Origin: Girardia tigrina
Lineage: Eukaryota
DNA: 51,249 bases
Reading direction: 5' to 3'
Assembly (NCBI GenBank): GCA_001938485.1
Contig: MQRK01172036.1
Coordinates: 1-51,249, forward strand
Part shown: piece by piece, positions 24,619-37,700 of the stretch
How positions within the stretch are numbered: position 1 is the first letter of the stretch
Layout of the letters: each line of letters starts with the position of its first letter
The notes under the pieces: generated by a model
What the model was told of the DNA's origin: nothing
The model's input: only the letters and a program-made list of their open reading frames with translations
Database searches by the model: none
Translations under genes and position numbers: made by a program

Positions 24619-25560
24619 TTATATGTAATTAATGATTTTATACAGCTCTACTTTGTCAATTTTTAATGTTTTTGATTGGTTGTAGTGTCTTATTAATAAT
24701 GATTCCACAGAATTGCCGCGCATAATGATGATCAAAGCCCTTCTGTAAAAAAGAAAACTCATTCTTTGATGTATTACGGGTTCTATTTTTATAATGTAAC
24801 CAAGTATCAAGAACCTTTTTCGATCGTTTTGATTGTGAATGATGACTAATCCGTGATGAAGATTTGACTCTATCCAATGTAGACCTTATCTCTTTTTCAA
24901 TGGTATTGAATCTCTTGGCTATTTAGAGGATCTCACGAAACAAATGAGGATCTAGCCTCCCCAAAAAGGCCTGATACGGGATCGGATTGCTTATGTCTTC
25001 GAGATCGTTTTAGCTTTCAAGAAATTATCAATTGCATTTCCAGAAATAGGACATCTTAATTCTCCTCTCGCAAAAAAGTCTGTGATCCTAAAAGACAGTT
25101 ATGTTTCTTCGGCACTGATCATTTATTCCATTATCGTAAAGATAGACTTAGGTTCCGTAGTTAAATCACTTAGACTTTTTGAAATACCTTTAGTATTTTT
25201 GTCCTCTCCTTCAAATGAGTGGCTGATCTGATTAATTTTCTCTGATTGATTTGACGAGATTGTGACAATTTTGGCTCCAACACCTTAGTTAAGCAACACT
25301 TGTAATAAAAGTTAGCAACACCATTGTTTTAAATGTCTTTTTTACAGCATATATATTTGTAAAGTTATGCATCTTCTTTGATATTCATCATCGATGTAGC
25401 TTCTATAAAGTTTGGAGTTGCACCACTTCATGGTCTTTTCTGACATGTCTATTGAGACATTTTTGTTTGGTTAACTCCTTAAAGCATCCATCTTTTGGAC
25501 ATTGTAGATACATCTAATGTTCCGGTTTCCAACTTAAGTAGCTATTGTAAATCCACACAA
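24619..25560 (-). mobile_element. Penelope-like element (zinc-finger-insert family, copy 2)
   Basis: Minus strand: LQCPKDGCFKELTKQKCLNRHVRKDH (about 25430-25507), AEET*LSFRITDFFARGELRCPISG, DPLNSQEIQYH*KRDKVYIG, then HSQSKRSKKVLDTW...FSFLQKGFDHHYARQFC / ESLLIRHYN. Confidence 0.8.
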
Positions 25561-25997
25561 AAAATAAATTTAAAGTCACCAGAGACAATTTTTTTATTCA
25601 ATTCAGAGATTATCTATTTCTTTTCAATATGAGTGATTTATTTTTTTATAATTTTTAATAAATTTTCATTAAAACTATTTATAAATCTCCATTTTATCAC
25701 TTTTAAAAGATAAATCAAAAGATACTCCTTGATTTTATTTATTTCTTTATCTTATAAAATATATAGGAAAACACATCAATATTCAGCAACGAATGTTGAG
25801 ATTAAATCAACTCAAAATTAATCATCATCCGTGGAAAATTCTGTTTATTTATCGAAAGACTTTAATTGTTATTTTTTATTTCATTTTATCAAAAATAAAG
25901 CTTAAATTAATAAAACTTAATTATTTAATATTGAAATTTATTTTTAGCTATGAAATCACTTGTTAACAGTATCATATACCAATACTAAAAAATAATA

Positions 25998-26028
<31 letters not shown>

Positions 26029-26089
26029 TATTAATAATTATTATAATCAAAAGAGTGAAAATGTACAGGATAATCGAATTCGAATAAAA

Positions 26090-26500
26090 TTAAATCTTGG
26101 TATCCCGACAGAGAATGCATTATTCTGATCATTTTTAGGGATGCTAGTGATGTTTTCCTTGTTAATTTTAGTTAAAAAGCATTATACTCTACTTTGTATA
26201 CCCCTAAGACTTTCGTATAAATGTCACTATGGTGGACGAAAATAAAAAGGGCGTTCCAATGAAGTTTCTCTGGGAAATGTACCAAGCCACAAAACTCCAT
26301 CATCCATGTGAGTTTTTATCAAATAGAATTTGACTTATTGGGCGTTCTACATTTTCTAGACTCTAGACCTTATCCCAGTGATTTTCTTTTTAATAAAAAT
26401 ATAATTTAAAGAATACCAACAATCAAATCGACATTTTTTGTTCACAGATATTGATATTGTTTAAGTCATAATGTGGGCAAATATCGCAATGATCATTTAA
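26090..26500 (+). mobile_element. Decayed mariner remnant
   Basis: NVPSHK (HDNAPSH-like) and DLIPVIF / PSDFLF (PDLSPSDFFLF-like) motifs. Confidence 0.45.
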
Positions 26501-26819
26501 GGAGTCCTATAAAGCAATTGTGAAAATATCAATTTTTCAAAGACAATTGCTTAAACTTTTTCAATAATAAGAAAAAGACTCGGTTTAAGTTAGAAAGCAC
26601 CAGATTCCTCCAAGAAAACGCCCATGAGCGTATTTTTAGCAGGGATTATTCAATTTGAAATACGATTTTCTGAAAGATGCCCATGGATTATTTACAGAAA
26701 TATTTGGTGCATGTTTCGAAAAAGGAAAATTTCATGAAATTGAAAATTTACTTGTCCATGAAATAAGCTAAGAAACCTTCACAATTTAAAAGATTTAAAC
26801 GATAATTAAAATTTTATAC

Positions 26820-27146
26820 AGTTTATAATGTTCAGAAATGGTTGTGTATGTAAATATCGTCAACATATCTTTTGTACACAAAAGATCTTTAGCTAGTATC
26901 TGCGTTGATTTGACTTTCAATCAATTGCATGCAAATTGAGGACAATGTTGGAACAAGGGGTGAGACCATAACTAAACCATATTTCAGAATGTACCATTCC
27001 CCATTGAAGAGAAATGAAACATTTTAGTACTAAAAATTAGCATAGTAAATAATGCTTAATAATTATAAACTCTCAACATAAAGAAACAATACATTCAGCA
27101 TTTGTCAAAAGAGATCGATTTCGAACAAAGTCTGAAATCAAAAATA
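26820..27146 (-). pseudogene. PLE reverse transcriptase fragment
   Basis: VSFLFNGEWYILKYGLVMVSPLVPTLSSICMQLIE...VYKRYVDDIY; upstream V-E-S-L motif; cut by the Helitron. Confidence 0.8.
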
Positions 27147-27880
27147 TCCTTTCTATAGAGCTGTTGTTTGTTTGTTTGTCGGTCATGCTTTTCAATGTAA
27201 AATTGCGGACGAACCAGAGTGAATCCATTTAAGATCGTGTTCAATCTGGATAGCCCGCATCAATACAATTTTGTCGGTGTAGCGCCTTCGCAGAAAGACG
27301 CCCGTTAGCCGATGAAATCGATCGAAAACCATACAAAACGTTAAATGGTTCAATTAACACCGATTTCAAATAATGACAATTTTGATTATTCCTACAATTC
27401 CTACACGGATTTTCGTGAAAATTTTTATGAAAATATCAATAAAATACTAAGTTATTTGATAAATGACGATTTATATCACTTATTTACTAATTATATTTCT
27501 AAAAATCAATTTAGCTTAAATTTGCAAAATTTCATTATCATCTGATTTACGGTTTGCCGGTATATTTTTACTATATGCTGATTTTTTTTTAAATAAAAAT
27601 ATTTTTTAAATATACTGATAAAATGAGAAATATTGGAGGAAAAGTGAGTGAATCCGCGTTAAGTTGAGATAGCTCTGCATAGTCCGCATCGAGACGGTTC
27701 TGTCAGTACATCGCCTTTGCCGAAAGGCACTGGGAGCTGATTTATTTGACTGACTTTAATTAACACAGGATTCAAAACAATTAATAATGAAACATAATAA
27801 TTACGATTTAAAAATGAAAACAGAAACTTTCAAAGTCAAAAATTCATCTCACCCGTCATATATGACGGGTATTTTTCTAG
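27147..27880 (+). mobile_element. Non-autonomous Helitron
   Basis: A|TC 5' end followed by (GTTT)n; perfect 20-bp palindrome acccgtcatatatgacgggt (27851-27870), then atttttCTAG|T 3' end. Confidence 0.85.
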
Positions 27881-28153
27881 TTATTAATAAAACACCACAA
27901 CCCATTAATAAAAAAAAATTTTAAATTTAAAAAAACATTTTTGCCATTATTAACCAATAATATCTTAAATAAATAAATAAATAAATTGTTCCCTTTTAAA
28001 ATAATTTTATAAAAAAAAGTAACAATTAAATAGTAACTAACAAAAATGAAACGGATGATGAAAGAATTTCCGAAACATGTGCAATAATCGATTTCCTAAC
28101 AAAGCTTTAAAAAAAATTCTTTTTCAAAAATATAAAATTAGAGTTCAAAAGAA

Positions 28154-28206
<53 letters not shown>

Positions 28207-28256
28207 NNNNNNNNNNNNNNNNNNNNNNNNNNNNNNNNNNNNNNNNNNNNNNNNNN

Positions 28257-28293
<37 letters not shown>

Positions 28294-28479
28294 TAATTTT
28301 AATTCTCGATATTGTTTTAATTAAAGCGTTTATATTTATTTAAAAAAGCTTTTTGGAACATAATAATAATTTATAAATAAAAGAAACATTGTCTTTCAAT
28401 AAATCCAGATTCGAATATGTTTTTAATAATTGTAAATTAAAGTCGAGGTCTATTAAAAAAATAAATGTTATCATATTCA

Positions 28480-28820
28480 GTCATTTATCTTAATATTTTC
28501 GGTTTAATACTTATGAAAAAGGTTTCGGTTTCTTTTGATAAATTTGGGAATTCCATTGCAGTCCGCATACAAGAAATGATTGATTCAAATTTCCCTATCA
28601 ATTACTTAGTTCGAATTTTGACCGACAGATTAGGCAACTGATCTCTTCAAGTTGTCTGACGAAAATTTGGCAATGATATTTTCCTTTGAAAAAGAGAAAT
28701 TAAAAACAATATATTTCAATTAGTCTGAGATTCTTCCGGATTATATAACGAAAATCAGATAAAGTCTTTTTTTCATATCTGTTTCAAATTTTTTCCATTC
28801 TTCCAAAATTGAGTCAGTGT
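28480..28820 (-). mobile_element. Possible hAT transposase C-terminal remnant
   Basis: ILEEWKKFE... and MEFPNLSK resemble the hAT dimerisation region; short and degenerate. Confidence 0.3.
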
Positions 28821-30116
28821 ATAAAAAGAGAATAAATAATTAAACTATTATTATTATTATTTTATTCGTGTTTAAATAAACAAAATAACGTAGTAAAGAA
28901 TTAAATATATAAACGTTTTTGCAATTAAAATTGCTACATTTCGTCTTAATTTTTAATGTCTTTTGAGAAGGATGTTGAAATTTTGTTGATACAAGTTTCA
29001 TGATCCTTTGGAATATAAAGGATGTGTGAAATTTAGTCATTGAAAGGTATGGAAATGGGTAGTGCTACACGCTTTAATACACATTTGATCTTGTGGAAAG
29101 ACTTAAAAATTCAAGTTAGATTACTTATTTAATACACTTAAGTCTTCGTAATCAGAAAGATTATCAGGGTGATGAGACTCAAATTCTGGAACTTAATTGA
29201 TTGAAAAGTTTAAAACAAAATGAGCTACAATAGCAAATGACACTTTTAGGTAATGAACAAAAGTTATGAAGAAAATATGACAAGGCGAGAAATATTACCA
29301 CTTGTTAGCCACCCTACTATAAAAATAAAGTCTGTTAGAATTTTTGTGAGCTCGTTTTTTTTAAATTTTAGAAATGTAACACGTAAAACTTTTTCAGGAT
29401 ATTTCATAAAAAATTATAATTGTCAATATTTACAAGTACTTCATTACAATCAGATTTTAAAAAATGTTGTTAAAAAACATTTTGAGATAAAACTAATAAA
29501 CTAAAATTTAAATTTATCTACAAAAGTTTATCATATAAAAATTTAGGATTAACATAAATTAAGCTAAAAACGATATTGCACTTGAATTTATTTGAATATA
29601 AAAATTTAAGGATTTATTTTATAATTTTTTTAGAAATTATAAAATTAAAACTAAATGTTAATGTAATTTTATTTAATGAAGCAACGAAATCAAATATCAC
29701 AATTTAATATTTAAAATTATGATTAAACGTTACGAAACTAAGATCGAATATGTGTAATTAAATTTTTAATCATGAGTAACAATTAAAGTAAATATTATGT
29801 TAATAAAAAATTATATTAACTTGAAAATGGAAGGCGTAATAAAATTTAACAAAACAATTGTGACAAGTAATAAAATTAATTGTAAACTATGAACATCAAT
29901 TTTAAAATTAAAATGTATATCGATATTAATATTTAGTATTTTTATTTATAACTGGTTTGTGCAAAATAATAAAACATCGTTCCGTAGAAATGTGTTTAAA
30001 ATAGTTAGTAGTAATAATTCCAAAGACCATCAAGTACCATTCATCCCACTACGAGGCGCAGGTAAAGAAATCCATAAATGAATCAAATTTTGATGACTTT
30101 CCGAAATTTCATAGCT

Positions 30117-30215
30117 AAGAGGAATACTTTAAATTGTGTATGAATGTAATGTGTTGATTTGAGCGTGTGAACATCGGAATTGTGACTCATCCACTCTGTT
30201 GGAAAATTAATGTTT
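30117..30215 (+). mobile_element. Gypsy LTR 5'-end fragment
   Basis: gaggaatactttaaattgtgt...tcggaattgtgactcatccactctgttggaaa resembles the 12991 and 41765 copies. Confidence 0.45.
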
Positions 30216-33189
30216 CATTGTATTTGCGATAACTCATTCTAAAAAAGTGCACCTTTTTAAAATTATTGAAAATTTAATAATCCGATAAAATTTAAATATA
30301 ATAAATTAGGATAAATTTTAAATATAAATAATCTTCTCTAAACAATTTAAATGAACATATTTAATGTATCAAATAAAGTTATTTTAGAAGTTTGAAATAA
30401 TTTTAAAATTATTTTTATACATTTAAATAATTTATATTTAAATAATTTAAATGAAATATTTTATTGTATTATTATTTTATTTAATATTTTTACATAGTGA
30501 ATTTTAAATAAAATTAAAAAAACGAAACATTGAATAATTTTATAACGAATATCTCAGTATTTAAAATAATAAAAATCCAAAAGTAATACTAATTAGAATG
30601 ATGAAAAACGATGAAGGATCCTCCAACAGTCATCTCAGGGATGACTTTTTTGTAATGATAATAAATAGTTTAATAATAATTGTGTCAATGTTCTTAACAA
30701 TTCTTAAAAATAGCCTCCAATCGACGGAATACAAAACTTTATTCCGATCCAGAAAGACAAGATCTTGAATATTGATCAAGACTGTAATGGAATGGGAAGC
30801 GTACTGATCAGATCCAAACAAACCATAGCGTTTATAGAATTTTAAAAATTATAGAATTTTACGACTTAAATCTCAATGTTTTTGCTTTTAAACATAAATA
30901 TCAAATATTTTAAACGTTTTGATTTTTCTGTAACAGTAATGACAAATTCATGAAGGAAACTGTCTGAAAAACGCAAAAAAGAGATATGTGAACCATATTT
31001 TATCTGAAAACAAATTAGGGAGACCTTTTCATTTGTATATATTGATCAAAAGTTCCAAAATATATTCATACACAAACCAAAAATGAATTTTAATTTTCCT
31101 AAAATTTAGTAAGAAAAATTAAAAAAATTATTTCAACCCCATATCATATACAGATTCCTCAAAGTATGAAAAAATTGTCGTTTTATATTAGCCTAAATAT
31201 TTTTCTTTTAAAACTTGACTCATTGTATGAAAAAAAGAAAATAAAATTAAACAATTATTATTATTTGTGAATATATAAACAAACAAATAACGTTAAAAGG
31301 GAGCAGTAGAGTCGACATATTTACAATTCAAATCGTCATTCATATACATCCTTACGATGATCGCTATTCTCAAGAATGAATGAAAACGAGAGTTTTGATG
31401 CTTTATCGAATTTCCCCTTTCAAATTAACTTAAAACATTATAGGAAATATTTGCAAATCCACTCTCTTCTATTTTCAAATTGTCAAACATTTAATAAATA
31501 AATATTTTCCATGTGTATATGCCATAAGCAACGTAATTAATTCTGAAAGCTAATGTTTTTCCATGTTGATATTGGTTGTTCTATCATTATCATAATTGAC
31601 TTGTAGATGATTTTATCGGTTTTTTATTTGATAGCTTCTCTATTTGTGAATCCCCGAGGATTACGGAGTAGTTTTAAATATATAATTTTATATAATAGAA
31701 ACTTAAAAATTATCAATTGTCATGTTTAAATAATTTTAATATGTCGTTCAACTAGTACCCATTCAAGAGCCTTTATCATATAATGGTCATATAGTTAACA
31801 TTGCTGATAGGATATTTATTATAGCACCCTTACGAAATAATGAACGTCATAACAAATTGTTTTTCGTATAAAATTAAATAAATTTTCCAATTTCAAAGAC
31901 TTAACGAAACAGATCAGTTTGCTTTTATCAGAACCACAAAACATAAAAATATTCTAAGATATCCGATAGTTTTTTTTAATTAACATTTTATTTTTCAAAT
32001 TTATTTAAAATTCATTAATTTTAATATTCGTTTAAAAATAACAATAATTAAATTTACTACAAACACAAAAAATGAACTAGAACTTTTATTGTTATTTTCC
32101 AAATAATTTCAGATGTTAGAATTATTTAATATATTTTTTAAATAATTTTTGATTAATTTACAATATTTTTAATTTTTACATATTTTCTAAAAAAATAATA
32201 TTTAAATAATGAAAATTTATTTTAATATTGATATTTATATTTTTTATTTTTTTCATATTTATTACCAATTTTAAATCAAAAAATATAATTTTGAATATTT
32301 TTTCAAATGTTTTTTTTAAAAAATAAATTATGAAATATCAAAAATGTTATAAATTATTTGATTAATTTTTAAATAATTGAAAATATAAAATATTTTATTG
32401 TAATAAATAAAAAAGTGAAACAAATAACTGAAAGCAAATTTTATAAAAAAAAAGAAAAAAATAAATATATGTAAAATTATATTGACTCAGAAAATTTCAA
32501 CAAAAGGAGAAAAAGGAAGGTAATCGATGAAAAACAATAAGAAAATGATAGAATTGAGATAAAGTAATAAATAATACTTGTTTATCAAACTTTTGTATTA
32601 AGGTACGACGAAATATATCACTGATGTTAATTTGTAGGTTTAGGTTGGGTTTTCCCTCTTTTTGATTGATGGGATTTTATACTTGCGGTCAGACCTTTTT
32701 CTTTAATAAAATATTTATCCTTTACTTTTTGTCTTTTAACGAAAAAAGATTTCTTTTCTTTTTTTTCTTTTTTTTGTTAAGGCAAAAAATAAAGTAAGTC
32801 AAAACTACTATAATGATAATAACACTAAGATGAACTTTAATTATATAAATTTATCGATTTATTTATAATGCTAAGTAAATTTTATTATTATTTTTATAAT
32901 TTATTTATCTATTTTTATTTATACATGGTTGCCTCAGCACTAACCCTTTGGGGGTAGCAGATAGAAAAATTACTCCCCAAACGGTACTGGTCTCCAGCAA
33001 CCAATTCAGGTCACAAAATAATTCACAACCATTATCATTTTTATTCTATTATTATTTTTTAAACATTTTTTATAAAATAATATTACTTAAAAAATCTTTT
33101 AATCGATAATATCAAATTAATAACAAGAACATATTCTTTTTTGATATATTTAGTCAATTTTTAAATACAAATATTAATTAAGAACGCCA

Positions 33190-34290
33190 TTAAAATCAAA
33201 TTTTATTGCAATATATTTCGGTGGATTTTCCACCATCTTCAGGCTGAATTAACAACAATTTCGTTGTCTTATATATAGCAAATTGATGATTATACAAACA
33301 TCTTGCATAATAACTAATTAAATATTTTCAACAAATTGGAAGAGAGACTTGTTTGGACATTAATGGACGGACTAAGTGATTTAATCATAATGCCTCACAA
33401 GTAACTCTTTCCCAATATTTTTTAAAATTACTGCACAATATTTTAAAATTAGTTGTTTTCACCTCCGACTTTTAACCCTTCATATGTCCAGCAATATTAC
33501 TCCCACTACCCAATCGTCCATGCTCCTATATCCGTTTACAGAGATGACGAGACGTCTCTTCAATGTATGTAGAGTTACACCCATTACACGAAAATTCATA
33601 AACCAGATTGGAACATAAACTCAAAGGAGTACGAGATTTATTGCTGAATATACTTTGAATTTTGTAAGATTTAGAAAAGATTTTTAAATAATCTGATGTA
33701 CTCTTAAAAAGCGTGTTTTTAAAATTATCAAAATCAATATTAATAACTTCATTAAAATTTAAATAATAATTATACATAGATTCAATAGACGATTGGAACT
33801 TAAATCTATCTAATGTATTTCGAATTCCATGTTTTGAACTAAATTTTAGTAAATTCAATTCATCTTTAGATAAAACAATTTTACTTAAATTTAAAACAGT
33901 ATTTTCTACATTAATTGTCTTAAATTGTTAAGTTTTTTATTGTGTCCAGTAATTTTATCATTAATTAATTTGCCGGAAATACTATTAGAAAATTCATTAC
34001 ACAATTGAAAGCAATAATCATCACTTACATTTCTATAGAGCAGCTTCAACTATTGTAAATTCAAATAAATATTAATGATTATTTCTTAAATTATTATAAA
34101 TTATTGAAATTATATCCTCTTTTGGAAAAAAACTTTCTCGAAAATATTCAAATATTCAAATCCATCACATGCTTCAAATTTCTATTTAACTTAAATATTT
34201 TCTTAGACAAAATGTATTTGTCGTTCATATTGAAATCTTTTGAAATTATTCTTTTCATTTAGAAAAAACTTTTTTCATCATAATTTTTTT
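33190..34290 (-). mobile_element. PLE with the RT deleted (N-terminal region fused to GIY-YIG) and an intact 3' hammerhead
   Basis: HNKKLNNL...VLNLSKIVLSKDELNLLKF (PLE N-terminus) runs in frame into FSNKSRTPLSLCSNLVYEFSCNGCNSTYIEETSRHLCKRI, followed by YWERVTCEAL and IKSLSPSINVQ. Confidence 0.8.
33203..33250 (-). ncRNA. Minimal type I hammerhead ribozyme with intact catalytic core
   Basis: gc-CUGAAGA-U-GGUGGA-aaa-UCCACC-GAA-AUAUAU-U-gc: complete CUGANGA/GAAA core, 6-bp stem II, palindromic stem III, AUU cleavage triplet; lies 3' of the PLE endonuclease. Confidence 0.85.
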
Positions 34291-34404
34291 ATTTAAATTC
34301 TATATATAATTTTACGTTAATAAATTCGTTTTAATAAAAAGTGTCATATTATTTTACTTAATAAAGACTAAATTTAAAAATATATTTAGAGATAACAACG
34401 AACC

Positions 34405-34780
34405 TTCATCTTAAATGTTTCGGATTAATACTTAAATCCACCTGTATATCGACGCAAAAATGATGATTATGTATTCTAATGTAATAATCACACCAATAAA
34501 AGATTCTCATTAAGATGGTTGAGACTGCCGATTAAACAGGGGAATGTGACCTAATTAACAATGCTTCACACGACACTCTCTCCCAATAATTGTCAAAATG
34601 CTTACAAAGAATTTTGAAATTATCAAAATTAACATCACATTTACATTTTTTCCTATGTTCTGCAATGTTACTTTTACACTCTTTTCGACCATGTTCTTGA
34701 ATTCGTTTACAGAGATGACGGGCAGTCACTCCAATGTTTTTAGTATCACCCCATGATATTTATATTCATAAACAAGATCA
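34405..34780 (-). mobile_element. PLE GIY-YIG tail (upstream pseudo-LTR-like unit)
   Basis: LVYEYKYHG...IGVTARHLCKRIQEHGRK...YWERVSCEALLIRSHSPV; hammerhead-like half GGATT-taagtatt-AATCC-GAAA-CAT at about 34412-34440. Confidence 0.8.
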
Positions 34781-37700
34781 TAAAAAAGTGCTAAACGTGT
34801 AATAGACAGAACATATATTTTTTAATATTTTTTTGAATAAAGTACTATTAAGCAATATTTAGACATATTATTATTATCTAATGTTATTTTAGTTTTTTTT
34901 CTTTAAGTATATTTTTAAATGTATAAATTTCAAACTTGAAATGAACAAATATGTTTTATGTTAAATGAACTAAATGTTTTTTATTATAATAAAATTAAAT
35001 ACACTTTGGAAAAGGAAAACCAAAATTCAAGGTAGTTTTATACATATTTTATTTCTCAAAGTTATTTAAATCGAAATATAAAAATAATTTAATTTGGTAT
35101 TTATTATAATGTACTTCTAAACTAATGCATATTTCATAAATTGCAATTATTGTTTTCTTTATTTATAATTCTCATTGTTCTGAATGTTCTCTTTACTTCA
35201 ATCAAAAACTGATAATTTTTATTATTATATTAAATATAAAAGAAGAGACTTTTTATTGTTATTCATTAAACAATTTTTTCCGGAATTTATTCAATTGATT
35301 TTTTTATTTGTTTATTATTTTATTACAAACCGGTTTTTAAAATTTAAAAAATAATTTTTATCAGATTATTTATAATAATATTATAAACAAAAGATATATT
35401 TTTTTAATAATACTTTTAATAAAAAAATTCAATACGAATTTTTTTAATAAGAATTAAAATATTTAAATTAAATTCTTTCCTTTAAAAAATATTTTTAATA
35501 ATTAATAATTTTAAAATTAAAATTTGAATTTATGTTAATTAATAATAATCAAGTTTAAATTATATATTAATTCAAATAAAAAAAATAATTTAAGAAATTA
35601 TCTTGAAAAATATTTTCCTTCAAGATTTTTATAATAAATTTATATTTTTCGTTGTTTTTAATGAAACAAACACGAATAAATTTTATCGAATTTAGGAAAA
35701 TTTATATTTAATTTTATTTTCCAAAATAATAATAATGATATATTTTCTTCTATCCTTCATTTTAGTTTCCCTTAAACATTATTAAATTAAAATTTATGTA
35801 AAAAAATGTTCACCAAATGAAAATTAATTTACCAAGTTCTTTTTTTTTATTATTTTTTTTTTTGAATAGAGAAAAAAACTTTAAACAGACATTCTATTTT
35901 GTAAACGAGAATAATGAAGGAAATTTCAAATCATGGCATTGAAAGAATAATTAAAAGAGGACGCATCATCAACTATTCAGCATCCCATTACAATGAAAAC
36001 TATTCTATTGACCAGAAACTGATAACCAATTTATTCCGCTTGCATATCCACCAAAAATTTGAATCCTGATTTAAACCGGATATAATTTATTCTCTCTGAT
36101 TTGCGGCAACTGAAATGTCCGGATAAATGTGATTAAACCGCTCTCTTCTAACCGTAGGCTGTAGGCCGTTAAATTCAAATCAGTCAGCAAGAAATTAGCG
36201 ATTTTATCAACGCAACTTTCCATACACTTCCTAACAATCGAAAAAGCGGTTATCAGTCCCGATAAAGTGACAGTTTTGATGATATGATGAGCTCGACTCA
36301 ACTCTACATCAATTGAGCACTGGATCACTGATTGGGATTTTCGGCATAGTTTTTAATATGACTTAAATGCTGAAAGATAAGTTACCCGTTGTCTACCAAG
36401 TTGGATTGGAGAAAATGCGATTATTTCCAGTAGGGAAATTTTTGAGATTTAGTCTGGGTCTTAGTTTTAATGCCTCAACAATAAACTTTATTAAATTAAA
36501 TGTTATTTTGTGATTTTTTGCTGGTTTTCTCTCTCTCTCTCTCTCTTTCTTTTTTAGTCGTTTAATTGTTATTAGGGAAATCTTATTTTCAATGTCTAAA
36601 AAATCCGATTTAATTTTCAATTGAACAATTATTTCATGAATTTCAAGATTAAAGAATTAAGAAAATTTATTCAAATTGATAATAGAATCAAATTAACTTT
36701 TATAAGTATGAAAATATTTATGAAAATATTCCCTCCATAATTAATAGGATATGTGTTTCTTTTTATACAATTTATTAATCCATATATTAAAAAAACATTT
36801 TATCATAAATATTTTCATTAAGTCTTGCCAAAAAGTTGATGACAACTATGAGTTGGATGTTGGACGCAGATCGGGTGGAGCTGGAATCATCCTCGTCATG
36901 CAGTTTCATATTTATTTCCTTTCTACGGTGATCCGGGGACTAGCAATATTTATCCGAAGCATAGAAAACCGAGCTCCATGGTCCTGAGGGTCTTCTGTGG
37001 AGAGACGTCGGGTACATATTTTCCGACTCTTCAAATCAGTTCCATTGCTTGGTCTACTGTCTATATGGCTTCCTTTATCAGTACTAACCAGTAAAAGATA
37101 TCGAGATCATCGATTCGTGAAAGCTCTTTTAACGTCTGTAAAAGCACCGAATAAGCTGGACTATGGTGGTTTCAGTCTGGCCGAGGACAGATATGAAAAA
37201 TAGATCGTTCGGTTGAACAATGTCAGTCATAGAGCATATCCCATTCCATGTTTTTATGGTAACATTTAATAAAAATCGATTAATAAAAGAAATTTGATCA
37301 TTTTTTCACGAGAATCGATCAGCACAATCGACAATCGGATGTTTTTATTTGCATAACTTATTATACATGAGCATTTCTGCTTTTTTTCAAACTTTTTTTA
37401 CATAATTTTCAATTTTAAACATTTTTTTTAATTATTAATTACAGTAATAATTCTTTTGGACATGATATTTTTGTTTCGCCTTTTGGTTCGATTTCTTTTT
37501 TTCGTTTATAAATAAAAATATTTAATTTTGTATGTATATTAAAAATGTGTATGAGTATATATTTTAGTTTAAATTGATTCAACATATCAATAGTCACTAC
37601 AACAACCAATGATCAAGTTGATTTCGAAATGATCTTCTAAAGTATAAGCAGATAAAATTAGGTTCAAAATAAATAATCAAAGTGCATGTGGCAGCACAAA

